47,848 nucleotides of DNA from Candidatus Sulfomarinibacteraceae bacterium (GCA_041552055.1 JBFELO010000020.1:1-47848), one strand, 5' to 3'; shown: positions 18,448 through 28,761, counted from the first letter of the stretch. Notes: generated by a model not told the origin, from the letters alone. Program-made: numbers and translations.

Positions 18448-18461
18448 GAAGGGAGTGCATC

Positions 18462-19598
18462 ATGAACCCGCTGAAGGATCCCCTCCGACTCGATATCCTG
18501 GAGCGCTTCGCCGTCTCGTTTCGCGCCGACTTCCGTTTCGCTCCCGTGAACATCGCCATCCTGGTCGTGTTGTGCCTGGCGGGACTGGCGATCCACCTCG
18601 CCGTGCATCCGTTCGAACTCGAGGCGGTGATCTCGATGGTGGCTGTCGCAGTCGGACTGGCAGTGCTGTTCCGCTTCTCACAGATCTGGGAATCGGTGCT
18701 GGTCGGTTCGGTGCTTGCCGCGCTCGGGGTGTACCTGCGGCACCGACCGGACAGCGGCATCCTGGTAACGACCGTCGTGGTTGCCGGCCTGCTCGCCCCC
18801 TGCCTGCAGGTGGCGTACCAGTGGGAGCGCGCACTGCTGCTCAGGTTCGGGAAGTTTCGCGGCCTGCGCGGGTCTGGCCTCTTCACAGTGGTCCCGGTGA
18901 TCGACAAGGTCGCCAACTACGTGGACCAGAGGATCCGGGTCACCGACTTCAAGGCCGAGACGACGCTGACCAAAGACACCGTGCCGGTGAACGTGGACGC
19001 CATCGCGTTCTGGATGGTGTGGGACGCGGAAAAGGCGGTGTTGGAGGTCGCCGATTTCGACCATGCCGTGACGCTGTCGGCGCAGACCGGTCTGCGGGAC
19101 GCGATCGGCAAGCACGAGCTCGGCGAGATGCTCTCCCGCCGCGACCGCCTGGGCCAGGAGATCCAGCAGGTCCTGGACGTCAAGACCAATGCCTGGGGGA
19201 TCACTGTTCAGTCGGTCGAGATCCGGGACATCATCATCCCTAAGGGCCTCGAGGACGCCATGAGCAGGCAGGCGCAGGCCGAGCGTGAGCGTCAGTCCCG
19301 GATCATCCTGGCCAATGCCGAAACCGAGATCGCCGAGAAGTTCGCCCAGGCCTCCGAACACTACCGTCACAATCAGGCGGCGCTCCACCTGCGGGCGATG
19401 AACATGGTGTTCGAGGGGCTCAAGCAGAAGGGCTCGATGGTGATCGTGCCCTCGACCGCAGTGGAGACCATGGGGCTCGGCGCCATGGGCGGCCTCACCG
19501 CGTTCGATCGGATCCTCGGCGGGGGAACCGGGGACGTCGATGCGCAGCCCGCGACTCCCCCAAAGGAATCGACCGATGATGCGGAGCAAAACGACTGA
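18462..19598 (+). CDS. SPFH/band-7 (stomatin/prohibitin-like) membrane protein
   Basis: N-terminal transmembrane helices then ALLLRFGKFRGLRGSGLFTVVPVIDKV…VNVDAIAFWMVWDAEKAV… SPFH core and a coiled-coil Ala/Glu-rich tail. ATG is preceded by AAGGGAG. Confidence 0.85.
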   Translation: MNPLKDPLRLDILERFAVSFRADFRFAPVNIAILVVLCLAGLAIHLAVHPFELEAVISMVAVAVGLAVLFRFSQIWESVLVGSVLAALGVYLRHRPDSGILVTTVVVAGLLAPCLQVAYQWERALLLRFGKFRGLRGSGLFTVVPVIDKVANYVDQRIRVTDFKAETTLTKDTVPVNVDAIAFWMVWDAEKAVLEVADFDHAVTLSAQTGLRDAIGKHELGEMLSRRDRLGQEIQQVLDVKTNAWGITVQSVEIRDIIIPKGLEDAMSRQAQAERERQSRIILANAETEIAEKFAQASEHYRHNQAALHLRAMNMVFEGLKQKGSMVIVPSTAVETMGLGAMGGLTAFDRILGGGTGDVDAQPATPPKESTDDAEQND

Positions 19599-19782
19599 AT
19601 CGCTGGTGTCCGCGCTGGTCATCCTGCTGGTCACCCTGCTGCTGTTCCTGGCGCGGGCGACGGCCCACGGCTACTCCACGACCTCGTCAGCCCTGACCGG
19701 CGTCACGACGACGGACGTCGATCCGACCGGCCCGCAACGGACGGTGTGTCGGGTCGCGTCGGATGGTGAATACCTGCCATGA
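19576..19782 (+). CDS. small membrane protein overlapping the SPFH gene 3' end (NfeD-like partner possible)
   Basis: MMRSKTTESLVSALVILLVTLLLFLARA. It is translationally linked downstream by an ATGA overlap at 19779. Confidence 0.3.
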   Translation: MMRSKTTESLVSALVILLVTLLLFLARATAHGYSTTSSALTGVTTTDVDPTGPQRTVCRVASDGEYLP

Positions 19783-20261
19783 GTGGCTCGGCCCCATCCG
19801 TGCCGCGCGCTCGGCGCGATGAGACCACCGAACCCGGGGGCCTGGCCCGGTGCTGGGGTACGTGCTGGCTCGCCCTGTGCGGGGCGCTGGCCGTCCACGT
19901 CTTCGACGAGGCGTCGACCGACTTTCTCGCGCTATGGAACCCTCTGGTGGCGTCGATTCGTGGTCAGATCGGGTGGATTCCACTGCCTTCGTTCGACTAC
20001 GGGACCTGGCTCGGCGGCCTGATCCTCGGCATCGCCATTCTCGTCGGCCTCTCTCCGTTCGCCTTCGGAGGCGCTCGCTGGATGCGGCCTCTGTCGTACG
20101 TGCTGTCCGTCATCATGATCGGCAACGGGCTCGGCCACATCGCCGCGTCGATCTACCTGAAACGGCCGGCGCCAGGTCTCGTGTCCTCGCCGCTGCTGCT
20201 CGCCACAGCCGCGTGCTTGCTGTGGGCGACGCGGCAGCACACAAATCAGCGATCAAGTTAG
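19779..20261 (+). CDS. integral membrane protein, function unknown
   Basis: Four predicted transmembrane helices. The ATGA start overlaps the upstream ORF. Confidence 0.45.
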   Translation: MSGSAPSVPRARRDETTEPGGLARCWGTCWLALCGALAVHVFDEASTDFLALWNPLVASIRGQIGWIPLPSFDYGTWLGGLILGIAILVGLSPFAFGGARWMRPLSYVLSVIMIGNGLGHIAASIYLKRPAPGLVSSPLLLATAACLLWATRQHTNQRSS

Positions 20262-20468
20262 CAGCGGAGGCTGCACCATCGGCGGCGACTTTGAGCTACA
20301 CTTCCCGGGAGAGGTGCCGTGATGCGTGTGTGCTGCGACCGCGCCCATCCGACGCGACGGGTCCCCCGCCGCGACCGGCCCTTTCTGTTCGGTCCCCCAA
20401 AGTAGCCGTGTCCGCCTGATTCCGGCCCATTCCGCAAGCGTCCATGACAACGATTTCCGGAGGCCCTC

Positions 20469-21797
20469 ATGACCCATACCGCCGTGACCCCAGACCGCAT
20501 TCACTCCACGCTCGGTGAGCACATCCTCACCGACGGGTTTCACGTGGCGATCGACCTCGAACGATCCCACGGCTCCTGGATCGTAGACGCCGTGTCCGGG
20601 CGCGAGATCCTGGACTTCTACTCCTACTTCGCGACCCTGCCGATCGGCCACAACCACCCGGAATTGCTCGAGGACCGCGAGTTCATGGCTGCCCTGACGA
20701 GGGCCGCGGTGGCGAACCCCGCCAACTCCGACATCTACACCGCCGAATACGCCGGCTTCGTCGACACGTTCGGCCGAATCGCCAAGCCGGTCGAATTCCG
20801 CTACCTGTTTTTCATCGCCGGCGGCGCACTCGCCGTCGAGAACGCGCTCAAGACCGCCTTCGACTGGAAGCGCCGCTCGAATCTGACGGCCGGCCGCCCC
20901 GGCCTCGGGTCCCAGGTGATCCATTTTCGCGAAGCGTTCCACGGACGCAGCGGCTACACCATGTCGCTGACCAACACCGATCCGATCAAGGTCGAGGGCT
21001 TCCCGAAGTTCGACTGGCCGAGGATCACCAACCCGAAGCTGTCGTTTCCGGTCACGGAAGAGGTGATCACTCACACGACGGGGCTCGAGCGCCAGGCCAC
21101 CGCCGAGATCGAGCGGGCGTTTGCCGACCACCCCCACGACATCGCCGCGATCATCATCGAGCCGATCCAGGGCGAGGGCGGCGACAATCATTTTCGGGCC
21201 GAGTTCTTCGCAGAACTCCGGCACCTCGCCGATCGGCACGAAGCGCTGCTGATCGTTGACGAGGTGCAGACGGGCGTCGGGTTGACCGGCAAGTTCTGGG
21301 CCTATCAACACTTCGGGGTCTCGCCGGACATCCTGGTGTTCGGAAAGAAGACCCAGGTATGCGGCATCATGGTGTCCGACCGGATCGACGACGTCGGCAG
21401 CCACGTGTTCCGAACTGCGGGGCGCCTCAACTCGACGTGGGGAGGGAATCTGGTCGACATGGTACGGTGCACCAAGTACCTTGAGGTCATCGAGGCCGAG
21501 CGCCTCGTCGACAATGCGGCCCAACAGGGAGCCAGATTTCTCGCCGGTCTCGAACAGCTGGCCGCCCATCATCCGGTCATGTCCAACGTCCGCGGCCGCG
21601 GTCTGTTCACCGCGTTCAGCCTCCCGACCGTCGAGCAGCGTGACCGGCTGCGCGGACTGCTGTGGCAGCGGGGCCTCGCCAGCCTGGCGTCGTGGCCGGA
21701 CTCGGTGCGGTTCCGACCGTGTCTCAACGTCACTGCCGACGAGATCGATGGGGCGCTGACCAGGCTCGACGAAGGGCTCTCCGAACTGGCCGACTGA
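20469..21797 (+). CDS. lat: class-III aminotransferase, L-lysine 6-aminotransferase-like
   Basis: N-terminus …IHSTLGEHILTDGFHVAIDLERSHGSWIVDAVSGREILDF… and FFIAGGALAVENALKTAFDWK closely resemble actinobacterial LAT. PLP-binding Lys region …LVFGKKTQVCG. GGAGG Shine-Dalgarno. Confidence 0.75.
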   Translation: MTHTAVTPDRIHSTLGEHILTDGFHVAIDLERSHGSWIVDAVSGREILDFYSYFATLPIGHNHPELLEDREFMAALTRAAVANPANSDIYTAEYAGFVDTFGRIAKPVEFRYLFFIAGGALAVENALKTAFDWKRRSNLTAGRPGLGSQVIHFREAFHGRSGYTMSLTNTDPIKVEGFPKFDWPRITNPKLSFPVTEEVITHTTGLERQATAEIERAFADHPHDIAAIIIEPIQGEGGDNHFRAEFFAELRHLADRHEALLIVDEVQTGVGLTGKFWAYQHFGVSPDILVFGKKTQVCGIMVSDRIDDVGSHVFRTAGRLNSTWGGNLVDMVRCTKYLEVIEAERLVDNAAQQGARFLAGLEQLAAHHPVMSNVRGRGLFTAFSLPTVEQRDRLRGLLWQRGLASLASWPDSVRFRPCLNVTADEIDGALTRLDEGLSELAD

Positions 21798-21869
21798 AGC
21801 CGGGCTCAGCGCGGAGTTCGCTGCGGGGACTCCACGCCGTCACGGGTAGAACCGCACACTGGAGGCTCG

Positions 21870-23147
21870 ATGGCCGGGAAGCGACGTCCGCTCGTCACGC
21901 ACATTCTGGTCCCGCTGCTGATCCTGGCGGCGGCGATCTTCGCCGTCACGCGATTCGTGCGCATCGAAACGGTGATTGGCGATGTCGTCATCACCCTCCA
22001 GCAGGCCGACGAGCATTCGTTCCCGGCTCCCGATCCAGGGGCTCGACCGGGCGCGGTTGAACGCCGGTCGGAACCGCTGCCGGATCCCACGGTCGCGCCG
22101 CGCAACGTGGTCCTGATCATCGGTGACGGTATGGGCATCGGCCACATCAGCACGGCCTCGGCGCTGTTCCTGGGTCCCCACGGCCGGCTGGCGATGGAGA
22201 CGGCTCCGGCGACGGCCCTGGTCAAAACGTCCAGCGGAAACGCTCTGGTGACGGATTCGGCGGCCGCGGCGACGGCCATGGCCACCGGATTCAAGACCGA
22301 CAACAAAATGGTCTCACGGCTGCCCGACGGGCGGGAGCCGTTGACCCTACTGGAGGCGGCCGAGGCGCGGGGGTTCGCGACCGGGGTGATCACGACTGCG
22401 GGACTGGCAGGTGCAACTCCAGCCGCGTTCGTCACCCACGCCGAATCCCGCAACGACTACCGACAGATCTTCGAGAAAACGATTTCCTCCGAGGTCGACA
22501 TCCTGATCGGTGGCGACTGGCAACGCTACCGCAAGGCCAGGGTCCGGCCGGATTACATCGAAGCGGTACGAACTGTCGAGGCGACCGTGGGCGGCAGATA
22601 CACGGTCATCCGCGACGAGGAGGCACTCGCCGCAGCGCAGATCCCCGTGCTCGCTCTCTTTCCGGCCCGCCCGGGATCTCGGGAGTCGCACGGTCCCCGC
22701 CTGGCACGTTCCGCCGGCTTCGCCCTCGACCGACTCGTGGAAGCGGCCGGCGGTTTCGTGCTCGTCCTCGAGTGTGAGGACACCGATGAGGCGGCGCACA
22801 CAACCGACCTCGCGGGCGTTGCGGATGCGATGGCCGAACTGGACGAGGCGGTGGCGGTGGTGCTCGAGTTCGCAATCGAACGGGGCGATACGCTGGTGCT
22901 CATAACAGCCGACCACGAAACCGCCAGCCCGGCCATCGTCGACGGGGAGTATGCGGATCGCACCGCCGAGGTGCGTTGGCTCACCGATAACCATACCGCC
23001 AACTGGGTACCCTTGTTGGCCCTCGGCCCCGGCTCTGACCGGTTCCACGGCGTGTTGGACAACACCGAGATCCCGCGGATCATCGGCCGGCTGCTCGAAC
23101 TCGACCGTTTTCCGGATGCAGAAGGACATACACCATTCATTGACTGA
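21870..23147 (+). CDS. phoA: alkaline phosphatase (PhoA family), membrane-anchored
   Basis: …VVLIIGDGMGIGH… DSAAAATAMATGFKT …VLITADHETA motifs. N-terminal transmembrane anchor. Confidence 0.85.
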   Translation: MAGKRRPLVTHILVPLLILAAAIFAVTRFVRIETVIGDVVITLQQADEHSFPAPDPGARPGAVERRSEPLPDPTVAPRNVVLIIGDGMGIGHISTASALFLGPHGRLAMETAPATALVKTSSGNALVTDSAAAATAMATGFKTDNKMVSRLPDGREPLTLLEAAEARGFATGVITTAGLAGATPAAFVTHAESRNDYRQIFEKTISSEVDILIGGDWQRYRKARVRPDYIEAVRTVEATVGGRYTVIRDEEALAAAQIPVLALFPARPGSRESHGPRLARSAGFALDRLVEAAGGFVLVLECEDTDEAAHTTDLAGVADAMAELDEAVAVVLEFAIERGDTLVLITADHETASPAIVDGEYADRTAEVRWLTDNHTANWVPLLALGPGSDRFHGVLDNTEIPRIIGRLLELDRFPDAEGHTPFID

Positions 23148-23229
23148 GTTCCACACATTTGGTACGATTCCCACCCACTGAGTCGTGATTCTGTCGAATA
23201 CGACACGATTTCACCCCTAGGACTGTGAA

Positions 23230-23424
23230 ATGAACATGCGCGACACACTCAAGAGGATCCTGGTCGGACCGCAGGAGGACGAGGTCCCCGATCTCGGCCG
23301 CAACGAACGCTGCTGGTGCGGCAGCGGACGCAAGTACAAGACGTGCCACCTCGCCGCCGACGACCGCAAGCGTTCGGCGACCCGTTCCGCACCCGTGCAG
23401 CGGGCACCGTCGCGGGGGTTCTGA
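23230..23424 (+). CDS. SEC-C motif mini-protein
   Basis: …NERCWCGSGRKYKTCH… is a SEC-C metal-binding motif. 64 aa. Confidence 0.65.
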   Translation: MNMRDTLKRILVGPQEDEVPDLGRNERCWCGSGRKYKTCHLAADDRKRSATRSAPVQRAPSRGF

Positions 23425-23517
23425 GGCGTCTCTCCTCCACGCCTGTCCAACGAAAACCTCGAGCTCAAGCGGAACGAAATTTCGCCTGACCCTGTTTCAC
23501 AGGTGAGGAGCCGGGCG

Positions 23518-24480
23518 ATGTCCGAGATCAACTTCATCGAAGACCACCACGGACCCAGGACGGTCGATCAGGTCTTGCCGAGGGTCGTCGAGCGGCTCAG
23601 GGCGCAGGCCGACGAGCTCGCGACCCCTCTGCGCAGGACGTTCCGCGGCCAACAACTTCCGTCGCGCGACGAGATCGTTCTGATGGTCGAGCTGCTGCGA
23701 TCGGTGATCTTCCCGGGCTACTTCGGCAATCGGGACGTCACCGAGGGGAGCCTCACGTTTCACGTCGGCGCGGTTCTGGATCGGGTGGCCCTGATCATGG
23801 CGGACGAGGTCAAGCGGGGCCTCTGCTTCTCCTGTATCAAAGCTCCCTCCGACAGGATTCCGGTCGAGTGCGAGAGTCGCGCCAGGGAGGTCACCGCCTC
23901 GTTTCTCGAGCGGCTGCCGGAGCTTTGCAGAATGCTGGCGCTCGACGCCGTCGCCGCGTACGAGGGCGACCCGGCCGCGTCATCGCCGAGCGAGGCCATC
24001 TTCTGCTACCCCGGGGTCTCCGCGCTGACCAGCCACCGCATAGCCCACGAGCTGTACCGGCTCGACGTCCCGCTCATCCCGCGCATCATCTCGGAGCATG
24101 CCCACAGTCAGACCGGGATCGACATCCACCCGGGAGCGCGCATCGGCGAGATGTTCTTCATCGACCACGGCACCGGGGTCGTGATCGGCGAGACCTGCGT
24201 GATCGGCGATCGAGTGCGGGTCTACCAGGGCGTAACTCTCGGCGCCAAGAGCTTTCCGCTGGACGACGAGGGTCTCCCGATCAAGGGCATCGACCGCCAC
24301 CCGATCATCGAGGACGAGGTGACGATCTACTCGGGGGCCACCATCCTCGGTCGGGTGACCATCGGCAAGGGCTCGGTGATCGGCGGCAACGTCTGGCTCA
24401 CCCGAAACGTCTCGCCCGGCAGTCGGATCTCGCAGATGCGGCCGGTCACCGAGGTGTTCGAGAACGGCAGCGGGATTTAG
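23518..24480 (+). CDS. cysE: serine O-acetyltransferase (long N-terminal form)
   Basis: Left-handed beta-helix hexapeptide repeats …IDIHPGARIGEMFFIDHGTGVVIGETCVIGDRVRVYQGVTLGA…. N-terminal SATase helical domain. GAGGAG Shine-Dalgarno with a 7 nt spacer. Confidence 0.85.
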   Translation: MSEINFIEDHHGPRTVDQVLPRVVERLRAQADELATPLRRTFRGQQLPSRDEIVLMVELLRSVIFPGYFGNRDVTEGSLTFHVGAVLDRVALIMADEVKRGLCFSCIKAPSDRIPVECESRAREVTASFLERLPELCRMLALDAVAAYEGDPAASSPSEAIFCYPGVSALTSHRIAHELYRLDVPLIPRIISEHAHSQTGIDIHPGARIGEMFFIDHGTGVVIGETCVIGDRVRVYQGVTLGAKSFPLDDEGLPIKGIDRHPIIEDEVTIYSGATILGRVTIGKGSVIGGNVWLTRNVSPGSRISQMRPVTEVFENGSGI

Positions 24481-24485
24481 TCACC

Positions 24486-24582
24486 CCGTATCCGTATCCG
24501 TGTCCGTTTCCGTCTCCGAATCTAGCCAAATCATCGAGGGGCGATCCGGGCACGGAGACGGAGACGGAAACGGGCACGGGTA
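24486..24582. repeat. Inverted hexamer-array element B: (CCGTNT)x5 - 28 nt spacer - (CGGNNA)x6
   Basis: CCGTATCCGTATCCGTGTCCGTTTCCGTCTCCG aatctagccaaatcatcgaggggcgatc CGGGCACGGAGACGGAGACGGAAACGGGCACGGGTA. Same unit and orientation as element A. The element lies immediately after the cysE stop. Confidence 0.5.
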
Positions 24583-24737
24583 CTCCCCCAGGGTCGACCC
24601 AAATGGCATCGCCCTTCCCACCCACCGGCCGCCTCCCAAGGTAGTCGATTCCCTCATGTTGCAGCGCGCCCGCGATGGGATCTCCCGCCGGACCGTGTAC
24701 AATCTCGCGACTCGAGTACCGCCGACGAGGAGGCACC

Positions 24738-26795
24738 GTGGAACACCCCGAGAGCGCGACCATCGAAGGCCTGCCCGACAACGCGCGCCGGCCCCTCGAG
24801 CCTGGCGAGATCTACGTCCCGATCGTTCCGGACGAGACCGGAGTGTACGAGGTCACCGCCCGCTCGGTCACGTTGGGGCTCGTCTTCTGCGCCATCTTCT
24901 CGATGGCGGCCGCCTACCTGGCGCTCAAGGTCGGACAGGGGATCGAGGCCGCGATCCCAATCGCAATTCTGGCGATAGGTCTGTCCCCGCTGTTCTCCCG
25001 CAAGAGCACCATCCTCGAGAACGTGATCATCCAGTCGATCGGTGCCAATTCGTCACACGTGGTGTCAGGCGCGGTGTTCACGATCCCCGCCCTGTACATG
25101 CTGGCGGCACAGCCCGGCACAGGCGTCGCGCAGCCGACTATCGTCCAGGTCATCGCGGTGTCGTTCCTCGGCGGCTGCCTCGGCATCCTGTTCCTGATCC
25201 CGCTCCGGTACCACTTCATGGTGGAGATGCACGGCCAGTTTCCGTGGCCCGAGGGGACCGCCACCACCGAGATACTGCTCTCGGGCGAGCGCGTCGGCGG
25301 TCAGGCCAGGATCCTGGCCCTGGCCGCGGGCCTCGGCGCGCTGTACGACGGGTTGGTGACCACATTCCACGCCATGGCCGAACTCCTCACATTTCGGGCT
25401 GTCGGGCTCGGCCAGTTGCTGCAGCGCCAGTTCATGACGCTCAGGATCCTCAACAACGCGGCGATCGTCGGCATCGGCTACATCGTCGGGATCCGGTACG
25501 CCGCCATCATCTGCGCCGGCTCTTTCCTGTCCTACTTCGTGCTGGTGCCGATCGTGCACGCGATCGGCGCGTCGCTGCCGCACGCGCTCGCTCCTGGGAC
25601 GATCCCGATCGCCGACATGAGCGTCGAGGAGGTGTTCAGAAACTACGTCCGGATCGTGGGTGTCGGCGGCATCGCGGGTGCCGGGATCCTGGGAATCGTG
25701 TCGTCGCTGCCCTCCATGGTGCGCTCGATCGGCGCCAACATCGTCGGCATGAGTCACCAGGACACGCGCACATCCGAAGAGGTGCCTCGCGTCGATCGCT
25801 CGCTCAGCGGCGGCTTTACGATCGCCGGGTTGTCGGTGTTCGCACTCGCCGCGTTCCTGTTCTTCTCGTTCGGCCTCGGCATCGGTGACTCGATCACCTA
25901 CGCCGCGGTGTGCACCGCGCTGGTCATGTTGATCGCGTTCCTGTTCGCCCCGGTGGCCGCGCGAGCGATCGCCATCGTCGGCACCAACCCCGTCTCCGGC
26001 ATGACCATGCTGACACTCATCGTCACCGGCTTCGTGTTGCTCAAGATGGGTCTGGAGGGTGGGAACGGCATGTTCATCACCATGATGGTGGGCGGCGTCG
26101 TATGCACCGCGCTGGCCGCCTCGGGGGCGCTCGCATCGGACCTCAAGGTCGGCCACTGGATCGGCGCGACTCCGGCCCGACAGCTCGGCCTCAAGTTCGT
26201 CGGCACCCTGGTGGCAGCGACCTTCTGCGGCCTCGCCATGTGGGTCATGGCGCAAGCCGATCCCGGCCAGGGTTTCGGCACGTCGGCGATCCCGGCACCC
26301 CAGGCGTCGGCAATGAAGGAGATCCTGGTCGGAATCTTCGGCGCCAACGCCGCTCCGCTGCAGTGGTACCTGTTCGCGCTCGGCGTGCTGCTGTCGCTGA
26401 TCCTGCGCATGGCCGGGGTCCCTCCGCTCGCGTTCGCCCTGGGGATGTATCTGCCGATGGAGCTCAACACCCCCGTGCTGCTCGGCGGCATCCTGTCGTG
26501 GATCGTCGGCCGTCGACGTGAGGGCGAGGACGATCCAACGGTCAAGGCCCGGCAGGATCGAGGTGTGCTCGTCGCTTCGGGCCTGATGGCGGGCGGAGCC
26601 ATCATGGGCGTGATCGACGCCATCGCCAACGCGGTCATCAAAGGAGCCGCCGGCAGCACCGCTCCGAAGGCGGCGATTCACATCCTGTCGGAGGCGGCGT
26701 TCGGGGGTCTCCCGGGGGAGGTGGTCGGCACCGTCGCGCTGGCCGCGCTGTGCATCTTCGTGGTCGTGTTTGCGCGCCGCGCCAAGCCGGGCTAA
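24738..26795 (+). CDS. OPT-family oligopeptide transporter
   Basis: …PGEIYVPIVPDETGVYEVTARSVTLGLVFCAIFSMAAAYLALKVGQ… and ~16 transmembrane segments match bacterial OPT transporters. GTG at 24738 is preceded by GAGGAGG. Confidence 0.8.
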   Translation: MEHPESATIEGLPDNARRPLEPGEIYVPIVPDETGVYEVTARSVTLGLVFCAIFSMAAAYLALKVGQGIEAAIPIAILAIGLSPLFSRKSTILENVIIQSIGANSSHVVSGAVFTIPALYMLAAQPGTGVAQPTIVQVIAVSFLGGCLGILFLIPLRYHFMVEMHGQFPWPEGTATTEILLSGERVGGQARILALAAGLGALYDGLVTTFHAMAELLTFRAVGLGQLLQRQFMTLRILNNAAIVGIGYIVGIRYAAIICAGSFLSYFVLVPIVHAIGASLPHALAPGTIPIADMSVEEVFRNYVRIVGVGGIAGAGILGIVSSLPSMVRSIGANIVGMSHQDTRTSEEVPRVDRSLSGGFTIAGLSVFALAAFLFFSFGLGIGDSITYAAVCTALVMLIAFLFAPVAARAIAIVGTNPVSGMTMLTLIVTGFVLLKMGLEGGNGMFITMMVGGVVCTALAASGALASDLKVGHWIGATPARQLGLKFVGTLVAATFCGLAMWVMAQADPGQGFGTSAIPAPQASAMKEILVGIFGANAAPLQWYLFALGVLLSLILRMAGVPPLAFALGMYLPMELNTPVLLGGILSWIVGRRREGEDDPTVKARQDRGVLVASGLMAGGAIMGVIDAIANAVIKGAAGSTAPKAAIHILSEAAFGGLPGEVVGTVALAALCIFVVVFARRAKPG

Positions 26796-27769
26796 CCGTC
26801 AATCTCGCCAGTGAACCTGTCGAGTTCCTCGACGATCGGTGCGTCGTGCATGTACAGATTGGTGGGACACTCCACTGCTCTGCCGTGCGGCATACCGGCG
26901 ACAATCTGCCGTACTTCCTGCTCGCTGTGCAAGGTATCGCTGCCGGCGTACGCGATCGCTACAGGGACCTCGATCGTGTCGAGATCGGGCCATACCCGAT
27001 AGTCGAGGATCGCCCTGGCGGACAGCTTGAGCCGCAGCGGATGCGCGGCGCGCAACGTCCTCTCGTACCTCTCCATCTGCTCCGGCTCCGAACGAGTATC
27101 GATCCTGAAGTGGCGCAGGTACCAGAACACGAAGTACTTGATCGGGTGATACAACCAGGCCGGCCCGTACAACACCGGCCGGCCCCACGCCGGGATCCGA
27201 AACGACGCGTTCGGGCCCACGAGGAACGCCGCCCTCGCCGCGAGCCGGCCGCGTTTGAGGGCCTCGAGAATGGCGTTGGATCCCATCGAACTCCCGAACC
27301 ACACCGCACGCCGGTCGTCCAGACCCAGCGACCGGGCGGCCGCGATCAGGTCGAGCGCGAGCCTCTCGACGGTGAACTCCTCGACCCGCATGCGGCGCCG
27401 GTCGATCCGCGCCGACCGCTTCTCCCGAGTCTCGATGTACAGTACCGGACGTGTCTCGACCATTGCCTCGAGCACCGGCAGCCACCCTTCGACGACCGAA
27501 ACCCAGCCGGCGACGAATACCAGCGGTTCGCCATCGCTGGAGTCGCGCGGCCACCAGTGCAGAACGCGCAACTCGATTCCGTCGTCAACGGCGAGCCACC
27601 GCTCGTCGAATTCCGACTCGACAACACCGAGAGGATTGCTCGGCCGCCCGAAGTACGTCGAAGTTTCCACTGCCCATGCACCTGTGCTCTCACGATGATA
27701 GACCGATCTCGCACGTGCTGAAGCCGGCCTCGTGTGAGAGATCGCCGTCCCTGCCCGTGTGGCTCCCAC
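26792..27769 (-). CDS. alpha/beta-hydrolase fold protein
   Basis: VWFGSSMGS nucleophile elbow (GxSxG). Alternative GTG start at 27670. Confidence 0.6.
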   Translation of the reverse strand: MGATRAGTAISHTRPASARARSVYHRESTGAWAVETSTYFGRPSNPLGVVESEFDERWLAVDDGIELRVLHWWPRDSSDGEPLVFVAGWVSVVEGWLPVLEAMVETRPVLYIETREKRSARIDRRRMRVEEFTVERLALDLIAAARSLGLDDRRAVWFGSSMGSNAILEALKRGRLAARAAFLVGPNASFRIPAWGRPVLYGPAWLYHPIKYFVFWYLRHFRIDTRSEPEQMERYERTLRAAHPLRLKLSARAILDYRVWPDLDTIEVPVAIAYAGSDTLHSEQEVRQIVAGMPHGRAVECPTNLYMHDAPIVEELDRFTGEIDG

Positions 27770-27818
27770 ATTTCCTTCGGGTGACCACCACCGTGAATTA
27801 CGCTGCTACACTGGCTCG

Positions 27819-28148
27819 ATGAGCGATCCACGGGATCACGAGCTGCCGATTGTCGGGCAGGATCAAGGGTCTAACCCGTCCAACGACCTGCCATCGTGCT
27901 CGCCCGAGGTCTACGTCACCAACGAGGAGGCGTCTCTTCTGGCGGCGATGCGGGCGATGAAGGGTCGCGCCACTGAGATCCGCGAGCGCCTGGCGGACCC
28001 TCTGTCCGGTGACGAGCGCAGCGCGCTCTCGGCCGAGCTGGAAGAGCTGCGCACTCGCCGGACCGAACTTACCCGGCGCCGGGACCGAGCCTACCGCCGC
28101 AAGATGGTCATGCTCGGCCACCTCCCACCCGACGCCCTCGTGGACTGA
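27819..28148 (+). CDS. hypothetical protein (109 aa), coiled-coil-rich C-terminus
   Basis: ATG ORF with no recognisable family. Confidence 0.35.
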   Translation: MSDPRDHELPIVGQDQGSNPSNDLPSCSPEVYVTNEEASLLAAMRAMKGRATEIRERLADPLSGDERSALSAELEELRTRRTELTRRRDRAYRRKMVMLGHLPPDALVD

Positions 28149-28317
28149 CCCTCCCCCGTTAACCTCCATCGTCGTTGTCATCGACCGCCACCCGTCCGTC
28201 GCTGGTCGCTGGTCGCTGGACCACCCAGCCGCCCGGGGCATGCCGCGATGCGGCTGTACGGCAATACGGCTCCTCCACCCGCCCAGAGCACCCTCGTTAT
28301 CGACCACCTGACTTCCC

Positions 28318-28451
28318 GTCATCCTGAGGGAGGAGCGAGCCGTAAGGCGAGCGACGAGTCGAAGGATCCCCCGAAGCAAGAGCGCCGACGCGATCGGGTC
28401 GTCTCTCCGGAGATCGGAGGGGATCCTTCGGCCTTGCGGCCTCAGGATGAC
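28318..28451. repeat. 134-bp nested palindrome: outer 12-bp inverted repeat GTCATCCTGAGG/CCTCAGGATGAC, inner stems CGAAGGATCCCC/GGGGATCCTTCG and CCGACGCGATCGGGTCG, centred on GATC
   Basis: All three stem pairs read directly from sequence. The element sits inside a ~740 bp non-coding gap (28149-28885). Confidence 0.45.
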
Positions 28452-28761
28452 ACTCGGTTTCGGTGCCGCCGCGTAGACTGCTGCGGCCTCGAGCCTGGCG
28501 CTGTCGCGCGAAGGAGTGCTGGTGCGGTGCCCCGCCCTGCTCGCGGGCGGGAGGGGGCCCAAGCCCCGAGTCCCTAGCCCCGAGCCCCTTGGTGCGTCCT
28601 GCTAGCCCGCGCTTCTCACCAGTGTTCGTCGCGAAGGCGCCGAGGTGCCGTGCCCAGTGGGGTTTTCGACCCAGAGCCCCGGAGGGGCCGGCGGGGGCTG
28701 GAGCACACCGAGGGGAGAAGTCTCCGCTGGGTCAGGAGCATCGTTCGATCCCGATGGCGAG

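Noticed and set aside
20253-21572. 439-aa minus-strand ORF
   Set aside because: Antisense to the lat aminotransferase gene. No motifs.
25065-26681. 538-aa minus-strand ORF
   Set aside because: Antisense to the OPT transporter gene. Arg/Asp/Gly-rich low complexity.
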